64,000 nucleotides of DNA from NCBI GenBank assembly GCA_964106645.2, contig OZ067040.1, one strand, 5' to 3'. The notes below the pieces were generated by a model. It did no database searches. It saw only the letters and a program-made list of their open reading frames with translations, and was not told the DNA's origin. The position numbers and the translations under genes are program-made. Of the stretch, positions 1-13,916 are shown in pieces (the stretch's first letter is position 1; each line of letters opens with the position of its first letter). The DNA is from Podarcis pityusensis (Eukaryota).

Positions 1-62
1 GGGGAAACCCATCCAGATGTTTGGGGTATAAATATTATTATTATTATTATTATTATTATTAT
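1..62 (+). repeat. 3' tail of a retroposon ending in a (TAT)n microsatellite
   Basis: ggggtataaat followed by about 10 TAT units, the tail style typical of squamate L2-type elements. Truncated by the window edge. Confidence 0.55.
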
Positions 63-1997
63 CCTCTATAATTGTTCCCTGACAGCATTTTCACTCTGGG
101 AATAAAATACAGAGTGGAGAATTACTATTAAGGACAACAACTTGTACAAGTTTATGAATAAATAATTTATCAAATCATCTTCCTTTATAACAATGCCACA
201 ATGTATAATTTGTGTTTTGGGGACATTAGCAATCTGTAACTTAGATTTTGGTTTTAAAAAATTTCTTTCTAAATAAACACCCAAAGGAGGGGAGAGAGAT
301 CGTGCATATATCTCTGTACAATCTATACTTTCCTCATTTATGATTCGTATTTTACTAAATTATTATGCTATATGTCCTGGTATATTAATACTAGTAAAAA
401 ACGATGCATGTCATTTAGGAGGCTTGCACACTACTCTCTCTAATTCAGCCAGAGCTGAGGAGTGGAAGCTGACACAGCAGAACATCAAAATGCATTGCTG
501 ATGCCAGAGAAGAGAGTGAATGCTAGCTTGGCTTGCCTCCTGGGCCAAAACTCCCAATTTACTAACAAAGCAAAAATGTAAAAAGGAAGAGACTGTGAGT
601 GCATGAATCTATGGCAGCTCTCAAGCCCTAATATTATATGTTCACCAGGTGCTTTAGTAGCCACAGAAACACTCTGATGCAAGCCCTGATTATTCTGTGG
701 ACTAACTATCCAAAATAGTAAACACTACCCCCACTCCCAATTGTCTTGGGAGTGCAAGCAGTCTGTAATGGAAGAGGATGTTGTTAAATCTTAGGAAACT
801 ATAAACTAAGACCCATTCCCATGCAGCCAAATCAAAGAGTAAATAGCAAACACTTGTACGCCTTACCCAACCAGTTTTGTTTAACATTCAAAGGAAGAGA
901 CAGCTCATTTGAGAGGAACCTTTTGAGTCTCTTCTGGTTTTGCTGTTATTTTAACCCACTCTAACAAAGGGATTATGCATTAGTGAAATTGACATGATCG
1001 CCCTTTTAAAATCTCTCATGTTTAAAAAGGTTTCTCTCTGGAGTCAAATGTTCTACAGCAGCTTGTTTTGTTTTGTTTTTTGAGATTCATGAATGACATT
1101 TATTGGCCTTGGCAGTACAACAATTTAATTGACAAAGTTACACCTCATGCACAAAACAGTTACTTTGCAGTTTTACAAATTTCAGAACGTCGTCACAGCA
1201 ATACAAGGAAAACATTTCATTTGTTCACTTAACTGTAGCTTTATTTTTCAATTCCCTGACACTATGAAGAGCAAGATGAACTTCATATAATGGTGTGTAG
1301 TATGCCTAGATTTTATATGCCTGTCTAAAAGTCATTTCTTACTTGTATAGATGTGGGTTTGTTTGTTTTAATTTTTTTATTGATTGTGTTTATTGTCATT
1401 AGTGTTTGCATTTCTACTGTGTCTGAAAGTCACTTTAGGGCATTTCCATGAGTAAGGTGGCTGATAAGTAATAGTAATAGTAGTAGGCTCAATTTCTGCC
1501 TCTGATCCAGCTTTTAAAGATGTGAGCACCTTGTTGGGAGGAAAAAAGGTTGGCAGCCTCTGAGTGGTTGGTTGCTTATATAAAGCTTAATGCTAATTCA
1601 GCCCTGCTGTAATAATATTCAGAGTGCTCACCTGAAAAAGCTCCAGAATTGGCCCTGACTGTTTAGTTTTACAAATCAGATTGGTATCATAAAGTTGAGG
1701 AGCGTAGAATGTGCAGATGTGTGAAATGGTGAATTAAGATATATAGAATTACAGTCCATGTTGCCTTGTGATAATGATAATAAGGGAATTCAGTTTCCAG
1801 GCTTCTCAGTCTCTGTCCCCAACATATAGCAGCAGTTCATGAGCAGCAACAGCTTCTGTCTTACCAGTCAAATAGAACAGGTAAGCACCAGGCTTCTCCA
1901 CAAGGGAAGATAGCATTCCCTACGGACAGGAATCTACACATATCAGCTTGGCTTTACTACCCAAGCCTCTGCCTTTGTGCCTATTCCTACCTATTTG

Positions 1998-2190
1998 AGG
2001 AAGGGTCATAGCTCAATAGTAGAACACCTGCTTAGTATGCAGAAGGCCCCAAGTTCAATCCTCAGCATCTCAAGATAGGCTAGAAGACTGAAATCCTATT
2101 TGAAATCCGTAAGCCACTTCCAGTCAGCGTAGACAGTAGTGTACTAGATACAACCATGGTGTCACTCAACATGAGGCAGCTTCCTATGTT
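1998..2190 (+). mobile_element. tRNA-derived SINE (Squam2/Anolis SINE2-like)
   Basis: Pol III A-box-like tagctcaatagtaga, B-box-like aagttcaatcc, body ccagtcagcgtagaca, 3' end aggcagcttcctatgtt. Confidence 0.75.
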
Positions 2191-3281
2191 GCCCTCTCAC
2201 CCCTTGGGCAAGTCCATGGAGTCTGGTCTTACTTGCACCAGCAGTGTGGAGAAGGTAAAAAGTGGCAGATATGTCTAGTATTTTGTTTCTTTTTTTGAAC
2301 CATTTCTCTTCCAAGCCCCCTATGTTTGCTAGAAGCCAGAAGGGAATGGTGGGATCTTCTCTCCTTTGCAGAGGTGCTAGCAAATGGAAAGTTGCAGCAC
2401 GTCTCTCTCTCACTTTCTGCCATTCTCCAAGGCAGGGGAAATTCTGGTGGAATCTACACATATATAAAAAAAAGCTGTGAAAATGCTTTTTAGAAACAAA
2501 GTTTTGAAAAATACATTGAATTTTGCATCGCTCAGTTTTGCCATCTAGTGTCACATTTGTATATTGCATTTTGCCACACATTTAAAACGGTTTATTTGCA
2601 GCTGTGTAGCTGAGTCTTCTGTCTTCTCCTTGTGGGCCTCTAGGAAGCACAATAGGTTTCAAAGGGGGACAGGGTCTTGTCCTACTTGCAGGAAGATTTG
2701 AAGGGCTGGTACTTGTCTCTGTTGCCAACACTTCCTGTTCACTAAGTACTTTTCCGCCTTTCCCTTTAACCTTCCATGCTTATTAAAGAGAAAGGCAGAG
2801 CTTTCCCCACCTGCAGAAAGCTTTGGAGGGGGAAAGAAACAGGTGTTTATCAAGCTGATTCTATCTTTCTCCAAAGCAGAAATTATTATGTTGTTGGACT
2901 CCAGCTCCCCATCATCCCTGGCCACTGGTCATGCCAGCTGGGAATTATGGGACCTGGAGTCCAACAACAGGTTTCCCACCCCTGTTCTAAAGCTTCCTGC
3001 AAGTCAGACAAGAACCCGCCTCTTCCTCCACCCATCTAGCAAGCAAAGGTGGGGCCTTGCCTTACTTGTGGACACTTGGCTAAAAACAGAAACTGTCGAT
3101 TAAATACCAGTTGTTTCTTTTCATAGCCAAACTATTGCACGAGCCTATCTGAGACTGCTATGAGTCTTTCTTGTCCAATTATTTACGTCCAACAGGGAGG
3201 CAGGTAGATTTGCCAGTGCTTGCCTGTGAAGCAGACTGTTCTTCATTTCATTTCAGTTTTAATTTGTATACCTCCTTTATA

Positions 3282-3539
3282 CAGTGGTACCTCAGGTTAC
3301 ATACGCTTCAGGTTACATACGCTTCAGGTTACATACGCTTCAGGTTACAGACTCCGCTAACCCGGAAATAGTGCTTCAGGTTAAGAACTTTGCTTCAGGA
3401 TGAGAACTTAAATTCTGCTCGGGCGGCGCAGCGGCAGCGGGAGGCCCCATTAGTTAAAGTGGTGCTTCAGGTTAAGAACAGTTTCAGGTTAAGTACGGAC
3501 CTCCAGAACGAATTAAGTACTTAACCCAAGGTACCACTG
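3282..3539. mobile_element. Tc1/mariner (pogo/Tigger-like) MITE
   Basis: TIR CAGTGGTACCT...AGGTACCACTG, TA on both sides (3280-3281, 3540-3541), internal repeats of CTTCAGGTTA. Confidence 0.85.
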
Positions 3540-5844
3540 TATATTACTATACACAAGGCAGTTTACAAGCTGAAGAAACAACAAAATAGACAGCAAAGAT
3601 CACACACGTAATAACAATCTGATCCAATACAAAAAAGTCACATTAACTTTAAAATAAACAACTTATATCAAATAAAGCAATCTGCAATATTCTTCATCCA
3701 TTGCGATCCTTTGTAGATTTACTGTGATAGTAACACAATTTTTTTTTCTGGTTTGGAAGAAATTTTAGCTTTGAAGAAAAGATAAATCCACCAGATTATA
3801 GACATTAATTGGGTCTCAATCCTGAACACCTTTAATAAGAAGTAATTTTTGCTGAATTCTATAGTTGCAATCTTGCAAAGTAATGAGTTGCTCAGTAGGA
3901 CTTCAGCAACATAATTCAATGCAGGATAACAGCCAAAGGACTTACTTCACATAAGGTATTAGCACCATGAGGATAATTCCTATTCCCTTTTTTTCAGAGC
4001 TTTTAATTTCTTATGTTACTATTAAGTAACTTAAACCTTTAAGACATAGGTTACCCATGAATAAATGTGTTGCACTAATTTAAACTACCACAAATAATCA
4101 AATCATTAAAACCATGTTAAAATAATTAAACTATGTTTAATATGTGTCTAAAACTATAGACATTTCCTTGTATTAGAGGAGACTATGACAAATAATTACA
4201 GTATTTTCACCCTTGTTAGTCGTAAAAGTGTTGTTTACCTGCAACATCTGTTGCTTAATTCACATTGCCAGTTAGAATTTTCTTTTAATTTGTAAATGTT
4301 TAAAATCTGGTCCTTTATTGAAGTAATACTTTTTATCCCATCATTCATCCACAGTTGTCACATTCATGAAAAATACTGTATTTTTGATTATTGCATTATG
4401 AAAATATGAGTTTTATACATGTCTAGTTTATGGTCTTACAGATGAAACAATTTACATTCTCCTCTTTCCATTTCATGTGTTCTCATCATAAAATATTGAT
4501 GTGAACGCATCATAAATGGAAAGGTATCTTTTTTTCCTCCATCAGATGTTTCAATATTAAGAAATGATGGATGCATTTACAGGGCAATTCAGTTAGTCTG
4601 TTCCCGCTTTGTCAACTAATTTTTGTTGTTGTTGGCTGCAGGGCTTTATTTCTTGGTAAAACTTCTTATAAATCAAACTCTGGCTGATGTTTATTTTCTG
4701 AGCTGCTGTAGACTGTCACCACTTCTATATAGATTAGGGACCCTGCAGAGCCCTGTCTTCCCTACTGTCCTCCGACGCAAACGCATGGAGCAGAAGTAAC
4801 TTTTAAGGTATACACAAATCTTCTATTCCCTACTGTCATTGGCATGAAATAGAGGAAACATAGTTCTGTGGAACTTGCAAGTGTAGTTGCTGGACTGACA
4901 CTTCAACAGTTTCTTTATATATTGTCACTGCCACTTCTGTGAGAGTGTAAGAACTATGAGAATTGTGTAGTCTACCCAAGGAAGACAGTGCCTATTCATG
5001 GAAGACATAACTGTCAACCACTGTACCTGGACAAAGTCACTGAAAAAGAAAAGTATTTGCAGGGGGCGTTTATGAGCTGCTCCTATTATCTTCTATGGCA
5101 GAGCTACAATTTTGGAAATTAATTCAAAACCAGAATTATTATTTACTAATTTATTAATTTCCTTTTTCAAATTACAATTTCCACAATTAGTTATATTTGT
5201 AAAGATGAGAAGTGCTTAAAAAATTCTTTAGAGGTCATTGATAATGGTGTTTCTAAGGATGTATTCAAATAATAACAAACTATCCTTGTGGATTTACCCC
5301 CCTTATCCCCAGATAGTGGTGGACTCAAATTATTGAGATGTGTTGATTGATTACAGCCGTTAAGTTTCTTAGTAATCAGTTTCATCGCTTATTCTCAATT
5401 CACACTTGTACCTTTGATTTCTCTTCCACAACAGGGTGATGTAGGTTGTCGTTGACTAATGAAGAACAGAATTGGTTTCGGCATGAGACAAACGGAATGC
5501 CGACACCAATCCTGAAATGCATTAATCTTTAATAACCCACATCTGCATGTTTATAAATGATATAACCAGGAGTTATTAATGCTGTTACTCCCCCTTGCAA
5601 ACAGAAACTGACATAAGAGCTGGATATTTCCAAACCACATTAAAGGCATGTGGCTAAGTGTTGTGTGTGACCTTGTGGAGGATTCTGAATTGATAAAGGG
5701 TTCATGTGGATTAAAGATGCATGGAGAATTGCAACACGCAAATACTAGAGCTAGCATTCTAGATTTAGCATTCTTTATGTATGTTCACAGTTGTCAGGAG
5801 AGGCTTTGTCTCCTCTGTTACTTAACTTTCTATGGTACTTGAAA

Positions 5845-6455
5845 ATGAATGGATGAATCTTTACTTGCGTCAGCCATCGGCCATTGCAATAAAACAACAA
5901 TACAATATACAAACAAAAAAAAGAAGTCAGTTGTATAAAATACATTTTAGGCTTTGAATCAATAGTCAAATAGTGGAACTTATTCTAATTGCCCCAGCTA
6001 AAAACCTTTCAACCTTTGCTGTCACTTGCTCGTCTTGATCTGCCAAGAGAAAGGAGACTGTGGCAATGGTTTTGCGATCTGGAATGGACAATAAAAAAGG
6101 GGTGATAACCTCATTCCTCAAGTTTTTATAAAGAGTGCAAGCCAGAAGGGCATGCACCACCGATTCAGTACTGCCATCTCCACAGGGACATAAGTGTTTT
6201 TCGTGTGGAATCTGTTGGAATCGTCCCTCAAGTACAGCCGAGGGCAATACGTTCAATCTTACGAGAGTAAAACTTCCTATGGTTCTTGAGATGTTCCAGC
6301 CTGCGGGTTTCTCCTCTCTCCATTCAGATGCACTTATTTCTTGCTTTGAGCTAAACTGGCAAACCATGTTTTGGCTTGCCCTCTCAATTTCAGCTTGGAG
6401 GGTATGCACAACCCTATTTCCCAGTTCAGATGTAGCAACAGACTGTGGATCACCT
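5845..6455 (-). mobile_element. 5'-truncated non-LTR retrotransposon 3' end with a CCHC zinc knuckle (RTE-X-like)
   Basis: ORF 5966..6409: FTLVRLNVLPSAVLEGRF...LCPCGDGSTESVVHALLACTLYKNLR. Followed on the minus strand by a short 3' UTR ending in taaagattcatccattcatt. Clade assignment is from recall. Confidence 0.7.
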
Positions 6456-6937
6456 TAAAACAGGAAGTAAGTGAATTAAATGTAAATGAATCCCCCAAGT
6501 GAGGATGATGGAAGGGAAGGACATGAATCTGAGGCTCACTCATGTAACATCAAGCCTCTGCTAGTTTACTAGGAGTAAATATTTACTGTGATTTTCTCAG
6601 AGCCATTTTCCATGTCATACAGCAGTCAAGTTATACCTGTTTCTATAGTGCTAACATACGTGTCTCCAAGCACACAGTGGAAATCTGCAGCAAACTGTGG
6701 CCAGTCATGATTCTCCAGCATGTGGCTAGTGCACATTCCTGACTCAAGGTGTAAATCTCCCTTTCACACCTTATGTAACAGAAGGAAAACATAAAAGCTG
6801 CCAGACAATAGCGGCAAACAGGAATGTTTGCATTTGTGGAAAGGTGAAAAGAAATAAGTACACAGGTTGGACAGACAGGTTGCACAAATCGTTTTAACAC
6901 TAAAAATTGATGTAATAAATGTAATAATAAAAGTAAA

Positions 6938-7075
6938 CATAAGAGCATAGTAAGGATCCTGCTGGATCAGACCAAAGGCCTATGCAGTTTCCCACTGTGT
7001 CCAATCAGATGCTTCCTGGAAATCCCACCCCCCACCTCCGCTCTTAAGCTATTGTCTCTGAGCAGGCAACGATAT
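6938..7075 (-). mobile_element. CR1-type 3'-end fragment or CR1-related SINE remnant
   Basis: cataagagcatag...ctgctggatcagaccaaaggcc matches the reverse complement of the conserved amniote CR1-type 3' terminus. Confidence 0.5.
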
Positions 7076-7599
7076 TCAACAAAACAGCTAGTGCAAAATA
7101 AAACAATTAGTGTTCTTGTCTGGTCTGATGCTGGACACCACAGAGAACGAGGCAAGGCTGGGCTGGAGGAAAGGAAAGGCTACCATACCATGGAGAACTG
7201 CAACTTCTTCTTAGGCATTGCAAGGCCAAGGCAGTTACCACCACCTACCCGCAACAGCATTATCACACTTCACTCAAAGCTAACAAGGGTTGGGAACAGA
7301 CAGGCCTTTTGAGCCTCTTGTCTCCAGATCACCATCTCCAGACTCCATCCCTGTCTAGAGAATGCCAGACCTTTAAAGGGCCAACCCTCTGGCCTGAAGA
7401 CAGGGACTCCTCCATTCCATAGAACTCTTTCCTGGTGCACTCCCTGCAGTGCCAGACTGATGATGTGTGGTGGGAGGCATTTGGTTCTTCAGGCACAGGG
7501 CCTATGAGAGTCCAGGCTGTGGCCCTATATGTCCTGATGCTCTGGGATGTTTTTCTGGGTGTTCCTAATTCCTGAACCTGACAACCAACAAGCTACAGC

Positions 7600-8235
7600 A
7601 TCTGCATCTTACCAGGATGAGCCCTGATCCAATCCATACCAGTGTGACCAGTGTTCAGTTCAGAACTTGCTCAACCTCCCCTGATGGCACCCAGCTTCAA
7701 ATTTCCTGATACCCAGCAGCTTAATGTAGATGTTGTAGAGCAGAAGGGACAGGATATAATTCTGAGGGACCCCATGGGCCAATTGCCATGGAACCAAGCT
7801 GTAGTAATCAAGTACCACCCTCAGCAACCAGCCCTCTAGATTAGTAGAACAGCACCATAACCCTGTGGCTCCATGCCAAACCCATGGAGCCAGTCCAGTC
7901 ACTGTATTAAAAGCCAGTGAGAGATCCAATACAACAAGGTCACAGTCCCATGTTTCCACCAGAAGGTCATCCTTCAGAGCAACCAGTGTCATTTCCACCC
8001 TCAACTGGGACCTTAAACCAGACTGAAATGGATCTAGATCAGGCTTCCTCAACCTCGGCCCTCCAGATGTTTTTGGCCTACAACTCCTATGATCCCTAGC
8101 TAGCAGGGCCAGTGGTCAGGGATGATGGGAATTGTAGTCTCAAAACTTCTGGAGGGCCGAGGTTGAGGAAGCCTGGTATAGATTATAGAATGTCTGGAAC
8201 AACCTGGCCCCCACTCTCTTGAGCACCTTACCCAT
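7600..8235 (-). mobile_element. Old L2 LINE reverse-transcriptase remnant, interrupted by a hAT MITE
   Basis: ORF 7660..8052: LDPFQSG..EMTLVALKDDLL..LDLSLAFNTV..GVPQNYILSLLLYNIY. The upstream motif GKVLKRV resumes beyond the MITE near 8195-8232. Confidence 0.75.
8040..8175. mobile_element. hAT (Charlie-like) MITE inserted in the L2 remnant
   Basis: TIR CAGGCTTCCTCAACCTCGGCCCTCCAGA / TCTGGAGGGCCGAGGTTGAGGAAGCCTG. 8-bp TSD atctagat / gtatagat (6 of 8 match; NTCTAGAN-type target). Confidence 0.85.
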
Positions 8236-11200
8236 AGCCACCATGATTAAGTTGTAAAAGATGCTATGAATATTAAGGACTACATCCCAACTATAGATAA
8301 GTTTCAGTTATGTATAATAGTAGTACTAAATTTGATTTTTGATTTTGTAATTTGTATTGTATGATGCATTGTGTTCAGTGCTGCTAATTTGAGAATAATG
8401 GGGGAAATAAAAAGTAATGTGACATACTGATTTGTCATGGCAGGGACATTTAGAGGCAGCATCCAGCCCTCTCCATTATATGCAAGAAATAGACCGAGAA
8501 GGTTTTATGTATGTGTGTGAGCATGGATTGGCATACACCTGCATGGGCAGAGATACGGCTTGATTCTTTGGGCCATCTTGAGCTGTAGCAGAACAAGCAG
8601 TGTTCTTATATCCGGAATGTGAGACTGAGACAGCTGTCTCTGGCATATTTTCCAGGAAGCCTCCTTCTTACTGGTACTTTTACATTTGCTGTGCAAGTTT
8701 TCTCTGGCAGCTTGTTGTTCTGACCTCTGTTCCCTTTGTAAAAATAGTGAGAAGAAGGGGGGTTGTCATTATTGTGAGCCCTTTATATGGCTTAGTGGCT
8801 CCCTTGATAGCCTGTGAATTTCCAGCCATCCACTGGAAAATAGGATTATAAGAAAAACAACAAGGGTCTTGAATCACCTCTGGGTTCCTTGCATCTTCTG
8901 TGGTGTCATTTGGGTTTGAAGACAGCCATTAATTTACTTGAAAACAAGAGAAATGCAAAACAACAAAAGTGTAAAGTGATAACCAAATCTATTTAGGGTA
9001 TAAATGGCATGCTTTTTCGGCTCTTCTTCAGTAAATTTAATTTGCAGGTTCAGTATTTGAAATTACTTTCAGGCCAGAATAGATGGCAATAAAACATCTC
9101 CTTCCCTTATAGTTACCTTCAAATGCAAACCACATAGCTGAGAGGCATACATTGCAAGACAGGGGTTGTAGAGGCGATTGCGTTGGCAGATGCCCATCCC
9201 TTAATCTCATAACCTGTGCCGCCATGGAGTTGATGTCCATCAAGTTAGCTGTGTGTGTATGTTTACACTGCGAGGTAGAAAGGATGAGGTGGTTGTAAGA
9301 GGAAAAGATAAAATGCCCCTTCCCTGGCAGTCATTCCCACAACCTACAGCAAACATTTCCAACAGTTTATTAGGCATCTTCTTACTGTTTGTACACTGAC
9401 TATGTTTCTCTGAAGTTAACATTAATCTAAAAATGTAAGATTTCTTCCTCCTCTATTTTAGGTATGTATGTTGGTTTTCTCCAATTATTTTATGGCATTG
9501 TTGCATTTCGTATTGGACATCTCAGTACGTACCCAGCATAACTGCCAACGAAGACAGCCATACTTCTGCCCAGGGTTGGTGGCTTTCTGACTAACTTGGC
9601 AGCCCTTCAGTGAACCACATGCTCCTTTTTTCTCTCTCCCCTCCCCCTTTCCTTTTTAGTCATGAGGAGTTTAAAACAATTGGGCAACTTGTGAGGCGAG
9701 AGTTGAAAATACAACAAAAACACCAGGTGCACACCAGAGTCTCTCAATCACAAACGTTGTGAATTTTTACGTAGTAAAAGGATGACAGTAATTTATAAAT
9801 CACTGTAGAAATACAATGGAATTTGTGGAACATCATACATTGCCTGCCTGCCCGCCACTCTAGTTTTCCCATTTTAAATGCTGCACGATTCTGTGCGTTA
9901 TTCCCAGGGACACTGGGGAAATTGAAGGAAAGCTTTTTTGAGGTGGTCAAATTAGACCTTTAAAAATGCAGTACCTCAGTTCTGAAAATGCCTAAGTATA
10001 GAGCAGAGATGAAGTGGGTAATAAAAGAGCAAGCTTTCATCTAATCTTTCTCCTAGAGACCCAGGTGGACAAATTGGCAACCCTGTTCACAGCCTTTCTC
10101 TCCCCTCTCCTCTTTGTACCATAAGAACTACTAATCGGATCCATGCTGCTCTAACTGTGGTTAGTTATTAGCAGAATAAAAGCAGATTTCTTCGAAAGAA
10201 CAGGTTGGGGTGGGGTGGGGGAAACGACTATACAAAATTGCAGGGTTGTTAGAATCTTAAATGCACAGCAGTTGATTCTCCCCCCCATTCTGAATTATAT
10301 GATGAATAAAGTCTTTCATCTGTCACTATGCCCATTTCCTTCAAAAGGCAGCTAAATATTAAGCTTTTCAAACAAACGAAAAATCACTAAAGGAATAAAT
10401 AATGGGGAGGAGGAATAATAGGCAAGCAGATAGCGGAAAGCCAGGCTTGTTTTTATTAATTTGCTGTAGAAATATAGAATTTTAGAGTTGGAAATACCCC
10501 CTGCTCTAGGGTAGCATACTTCCATACCAAATGCATTCCTGTCCATACTTCTCTGCTGTAAGGGGACTTCACAATCTCTCAAGCAATATGCTCTGTTGGT
10601 GAACCCTTAGCCTAAATCTGCTTTATAAGCACTCAGGACCTCACTTCTAGTTCAGTCCCTGATAAATCTGATGATCAGTCCTTTTCTATATAGATTATTT
10701 TGTTTGAGTAAAATATAGATTCTATATAGATTATTTTGTTTGAGTATTGGTAAAAATAACAAAACTCATGAAGTTTCTTTCAGAGGACATTAATAATTCA
10801 GCCATAGATACATCTTGCCCAGTTAGTTACACAGATTCCATCTGCTGTGATGGGTCCATTTCTCCCACGCTTCCTCTTGTTTCAGCCTACCTTTAACTTT
10901 TAAAATTTGAAAACTTCATCATGCTTCCCTTGAGTCTTTGTAATATGGCTTGCCCACTGGAAAGTGGCATTCATATTGGTAAGCTCCTTTTGGTTCGATT
11001 CTGAAATGAGCAGTTTCTGCCAGTGTTCATATTGTGGAGTGTTTTATGAGTCTGTTGTTCAGCCTTAGAAGTTAAGATGGAGTGCCCTCGTGGATTGTTT
11101 TTAGTGGGGCAGTTTTCTGAGCTTGCTGTCAGCAGGCGAGCTTGGCAATATGCTCAGCAACCAGAAGGTGAGGGGGAGAATATCTGAACATCCCCTCTAA

Positions 11201-13776
11201 CAACTGCTCCTCTTTTTTTCTTTGCTTTCTTGCAAGTGCTTGTGTCATTTGAGTGCCCAGTGAAGCTGTTTCATCTTATGATTCGGTCTGGTTTTAGGCA
11301 GAGTCACATATATGCTATTTTTCCCTTCTGCAAGGCTCCAGCCCCCACAGCATCCTCCTCCAGAGAGGAGGCATGGGAAGAGGCAGAAGGTCAGGCACCA
11401 GAGAACTGTGAGGAGCCAGAGTGTCTCTCTTCATTACTGAGTGAACATAGAGCATTGGCAAGAGGCAAAAGGTGGCGGAAGAGGAACTGGGCCAGGGGAA
11501 GGTTTCTCCCTGTGAAGATTCATTGGCTGTCTTCAGTTCCTTCCATTCTGCATTCCTCCTTCCTTCCCTCCTTCCTTCTCCAAAGTGCTGTAGTGGCACT
11601 TGTAATGACAACTCAAAGATATTTTCTCCAATATATTCAGGACCTTCAGCTCTATATACAGCATGTCTTCTGGACATTTCAGCATCCTTCTCAATGTTGT
11701 TCTTGAAATTATTAGCATAATAATGACAATTGCAGGCCTGTGTTGAATTGTATTTTCCCAGGTTTTAAAAATCATGCTTCTTTTGATATGAACGGGCAGG
11801 CAATGTGATAATCATGTGATACCCTCTAGATGTTTTTGGACTTCCATAGGCCACAACCAGCATAGCCAGGATGTGGAGAGTTATAGTCCAACAACATCGT
11901 GAAGGCACTACATTGGCCATGCCTGTACTAAAACAACATGGATATTTTGTGCCAAGCTTGCAACTGTTGACATACTTTTCTCGATACTCAGCCTTAACTC
12001 ATAAATCCGTCTTCTCAGTGTTCAAACTAGACATTTATCCCCCTTCCTATAAGTAATGCTCTTGGTTTTTATTCTCGTGTGTGACATCTTATATTTGTCC
12101 TTGCTGCATTTCACATTACTGCTACCAGCCAAGGCTAAACAACCTGTTAACATTTTGGATTTTTAGTCAATGTGCTCTTTTAAATAGCCTGATGTTATTT
12201 CTGTGCCTTTTCCTACTTCAGTTTCTTGAAATATTCATTTATAAAGATTGAGCAGAATTATTTGCCCTGGTCTGTCACCATTTCTGGCATGAAATTCGAG
12301 GACTTCATTCAAGCATCCTGAGGGCAAGAAAAAATGAAGCTTGTTTTTTGCTTCTCCTAATGAAAATAGGGGTGTGGCTAGAGTGTACAGATGTTACAGC
12401 TGGCAAGAGATCTACCTCCTGCTCTATAACTACTAATCTAAGAGATGGTGGATTAACATTTGAAACTCCTAAGAATGTGCTTTCTTTTGGTGCTATTTTG
12501 ATAACACCAAGCAGTCAAAATGTGAATGAGGTTTCACTGTGCTAGATACTGCACAAACAATGGGGGGAACGTGCTCAGGCATTATGTTTTTTTATATAGC
12601 AATTGCTTTTACACAGCAAATGTGGCAATTCTATTCCAGATCTATCAGCACACAAAGCAACCATAAACACAGCTTAAATGGCCAATTTCACAGGGTTTAT
12701 GACTGCATTGTATTGTCGCTATGACACCAATCAGCCAAGGTGTAATCTGGCCCTTAGAAGGCTGTTTAGTCTGTGTGTAATGCATTGCAATTATCAAGGT
12801 CCCAGGCTTAGTTCCAGGTGAGCAGTAAAACACTGTCAAGGGAAAATCTATCCATTTGGCTCTGCAGTAGAATTAAAGGAAGGGCAAAAGATTGGCTTCA
12901 TGGATTAATGTTGGTAACACAGTTCACTGTGCAGATTAGGGTGTCTCCAGGCCAGCATTCTTATGATATTTTATTTTGTTTTGCATTTTCCCTCACTGTA
13001 CTATTTTTTGCATGCCTTCTGTATGTATGCATACATGTCATCCTCCCATAATTGATTTTTGTAAAGCGATGCTTGATTTCCCTGGTTGCACATGCAAATA
13101 CACACAGGGACACATTGACATGATAACAACTGATGCAATGTGCTAGGGAGACAGAAGGTGAGGCAGGAAAGGGGAACCTCATGATGGAATCTGGAAGTAG
13201 CTATTTTAGTTTGTGTGGAAAATCAGTAACCAGAATAAATAACCAAAGGCTTGAATCCCAAATTACACCTCCAGGAATGGAAAAAGCTCCTCCCATTTAC
13301 AGAACGGCCTTTGATCCTGCAGAATCTCCCATGGATGAAGGAGTGAGGCAGTTTTTGTCATTTCCCCCTTTCCCATGCAGCTACCTGTGCACAGTATTCC
13401 AGATGATCCCCCCAACCCTCCATAGCAGATTTTGGGAGAGCCCAGGGGAATTACAGAGAAATGGAAAACTCTCCCTCTCCCTTTTCACTCGCAAGTTCTC
13501 AGGATCCAGGATAAAGTGATTATGTTGGCGTGGTACATGGGTGCTACGGTGAAAATGGAACATTCCTTTTAAATAGATAAAATTACAATGTTCTTGACAT
13601 CAGTAATATAGTAGGAAGCAAGGTACAAAGACTGGGAAGAGGGACGCTAATGGATTTTATGTCTAGATCAGTCATGGAAAGATTCCTTTCATTAATGTAC
13701 AACCTTTCATATAAAAAATAAGTAGTAACAGACTATTGTTACTCCCCATCATGTATCAGTAGCAGATAATGTGAAG

Positions 13777-13916
13777 CAGGTGTAGGAAAAACTTTTGGCC
13801 ATCCAGATGTTGCTGGACTACAACTCCCATCATCCCTGACCTTTAGCGATGTCAGCTGGGGCTGATGGGAGTTGGGGTCCAACAATATCTGAAGGGCCAA
13901 AGGTTCCCCATCCCTG
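13777..13916. mobile_element. Older related hAT MITE (further degraded relatives near 2880-2985, 11800-11925, 33295-33420)
   Basis: Palindromic ccagatgttgctggactacaactcccatc...gatgggagttggggtccaacaatatctg. TSD atgtgaag / atataaag (6 of 8 match). Confidence 0.7.

Noticed and set aside
3291-3352. Regular 16-bp repeats resembling a CRISPR array
   Set aside because: The units are head-to-tail with no unique spacers, sit inside a TA-flanked MITE, and the context is a vertebrate intron with no cas genes.
11230-11775. Cluster of overlapping ORFs up to 158 aa with pyrimidine tracts upstream
   Set aside because: No recognisable domain or ARID1B similarity. The purine-rich, stop-poor sequence may be an LTR-like remnant, but termini and TSD could not be defined.
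13092-13099. Octamer motif ATGCAAAT
   Set aside because: A single 8-mer is expected by chance several times in 64 kb of AT-rich DNA and cannot be supported without conservation data.
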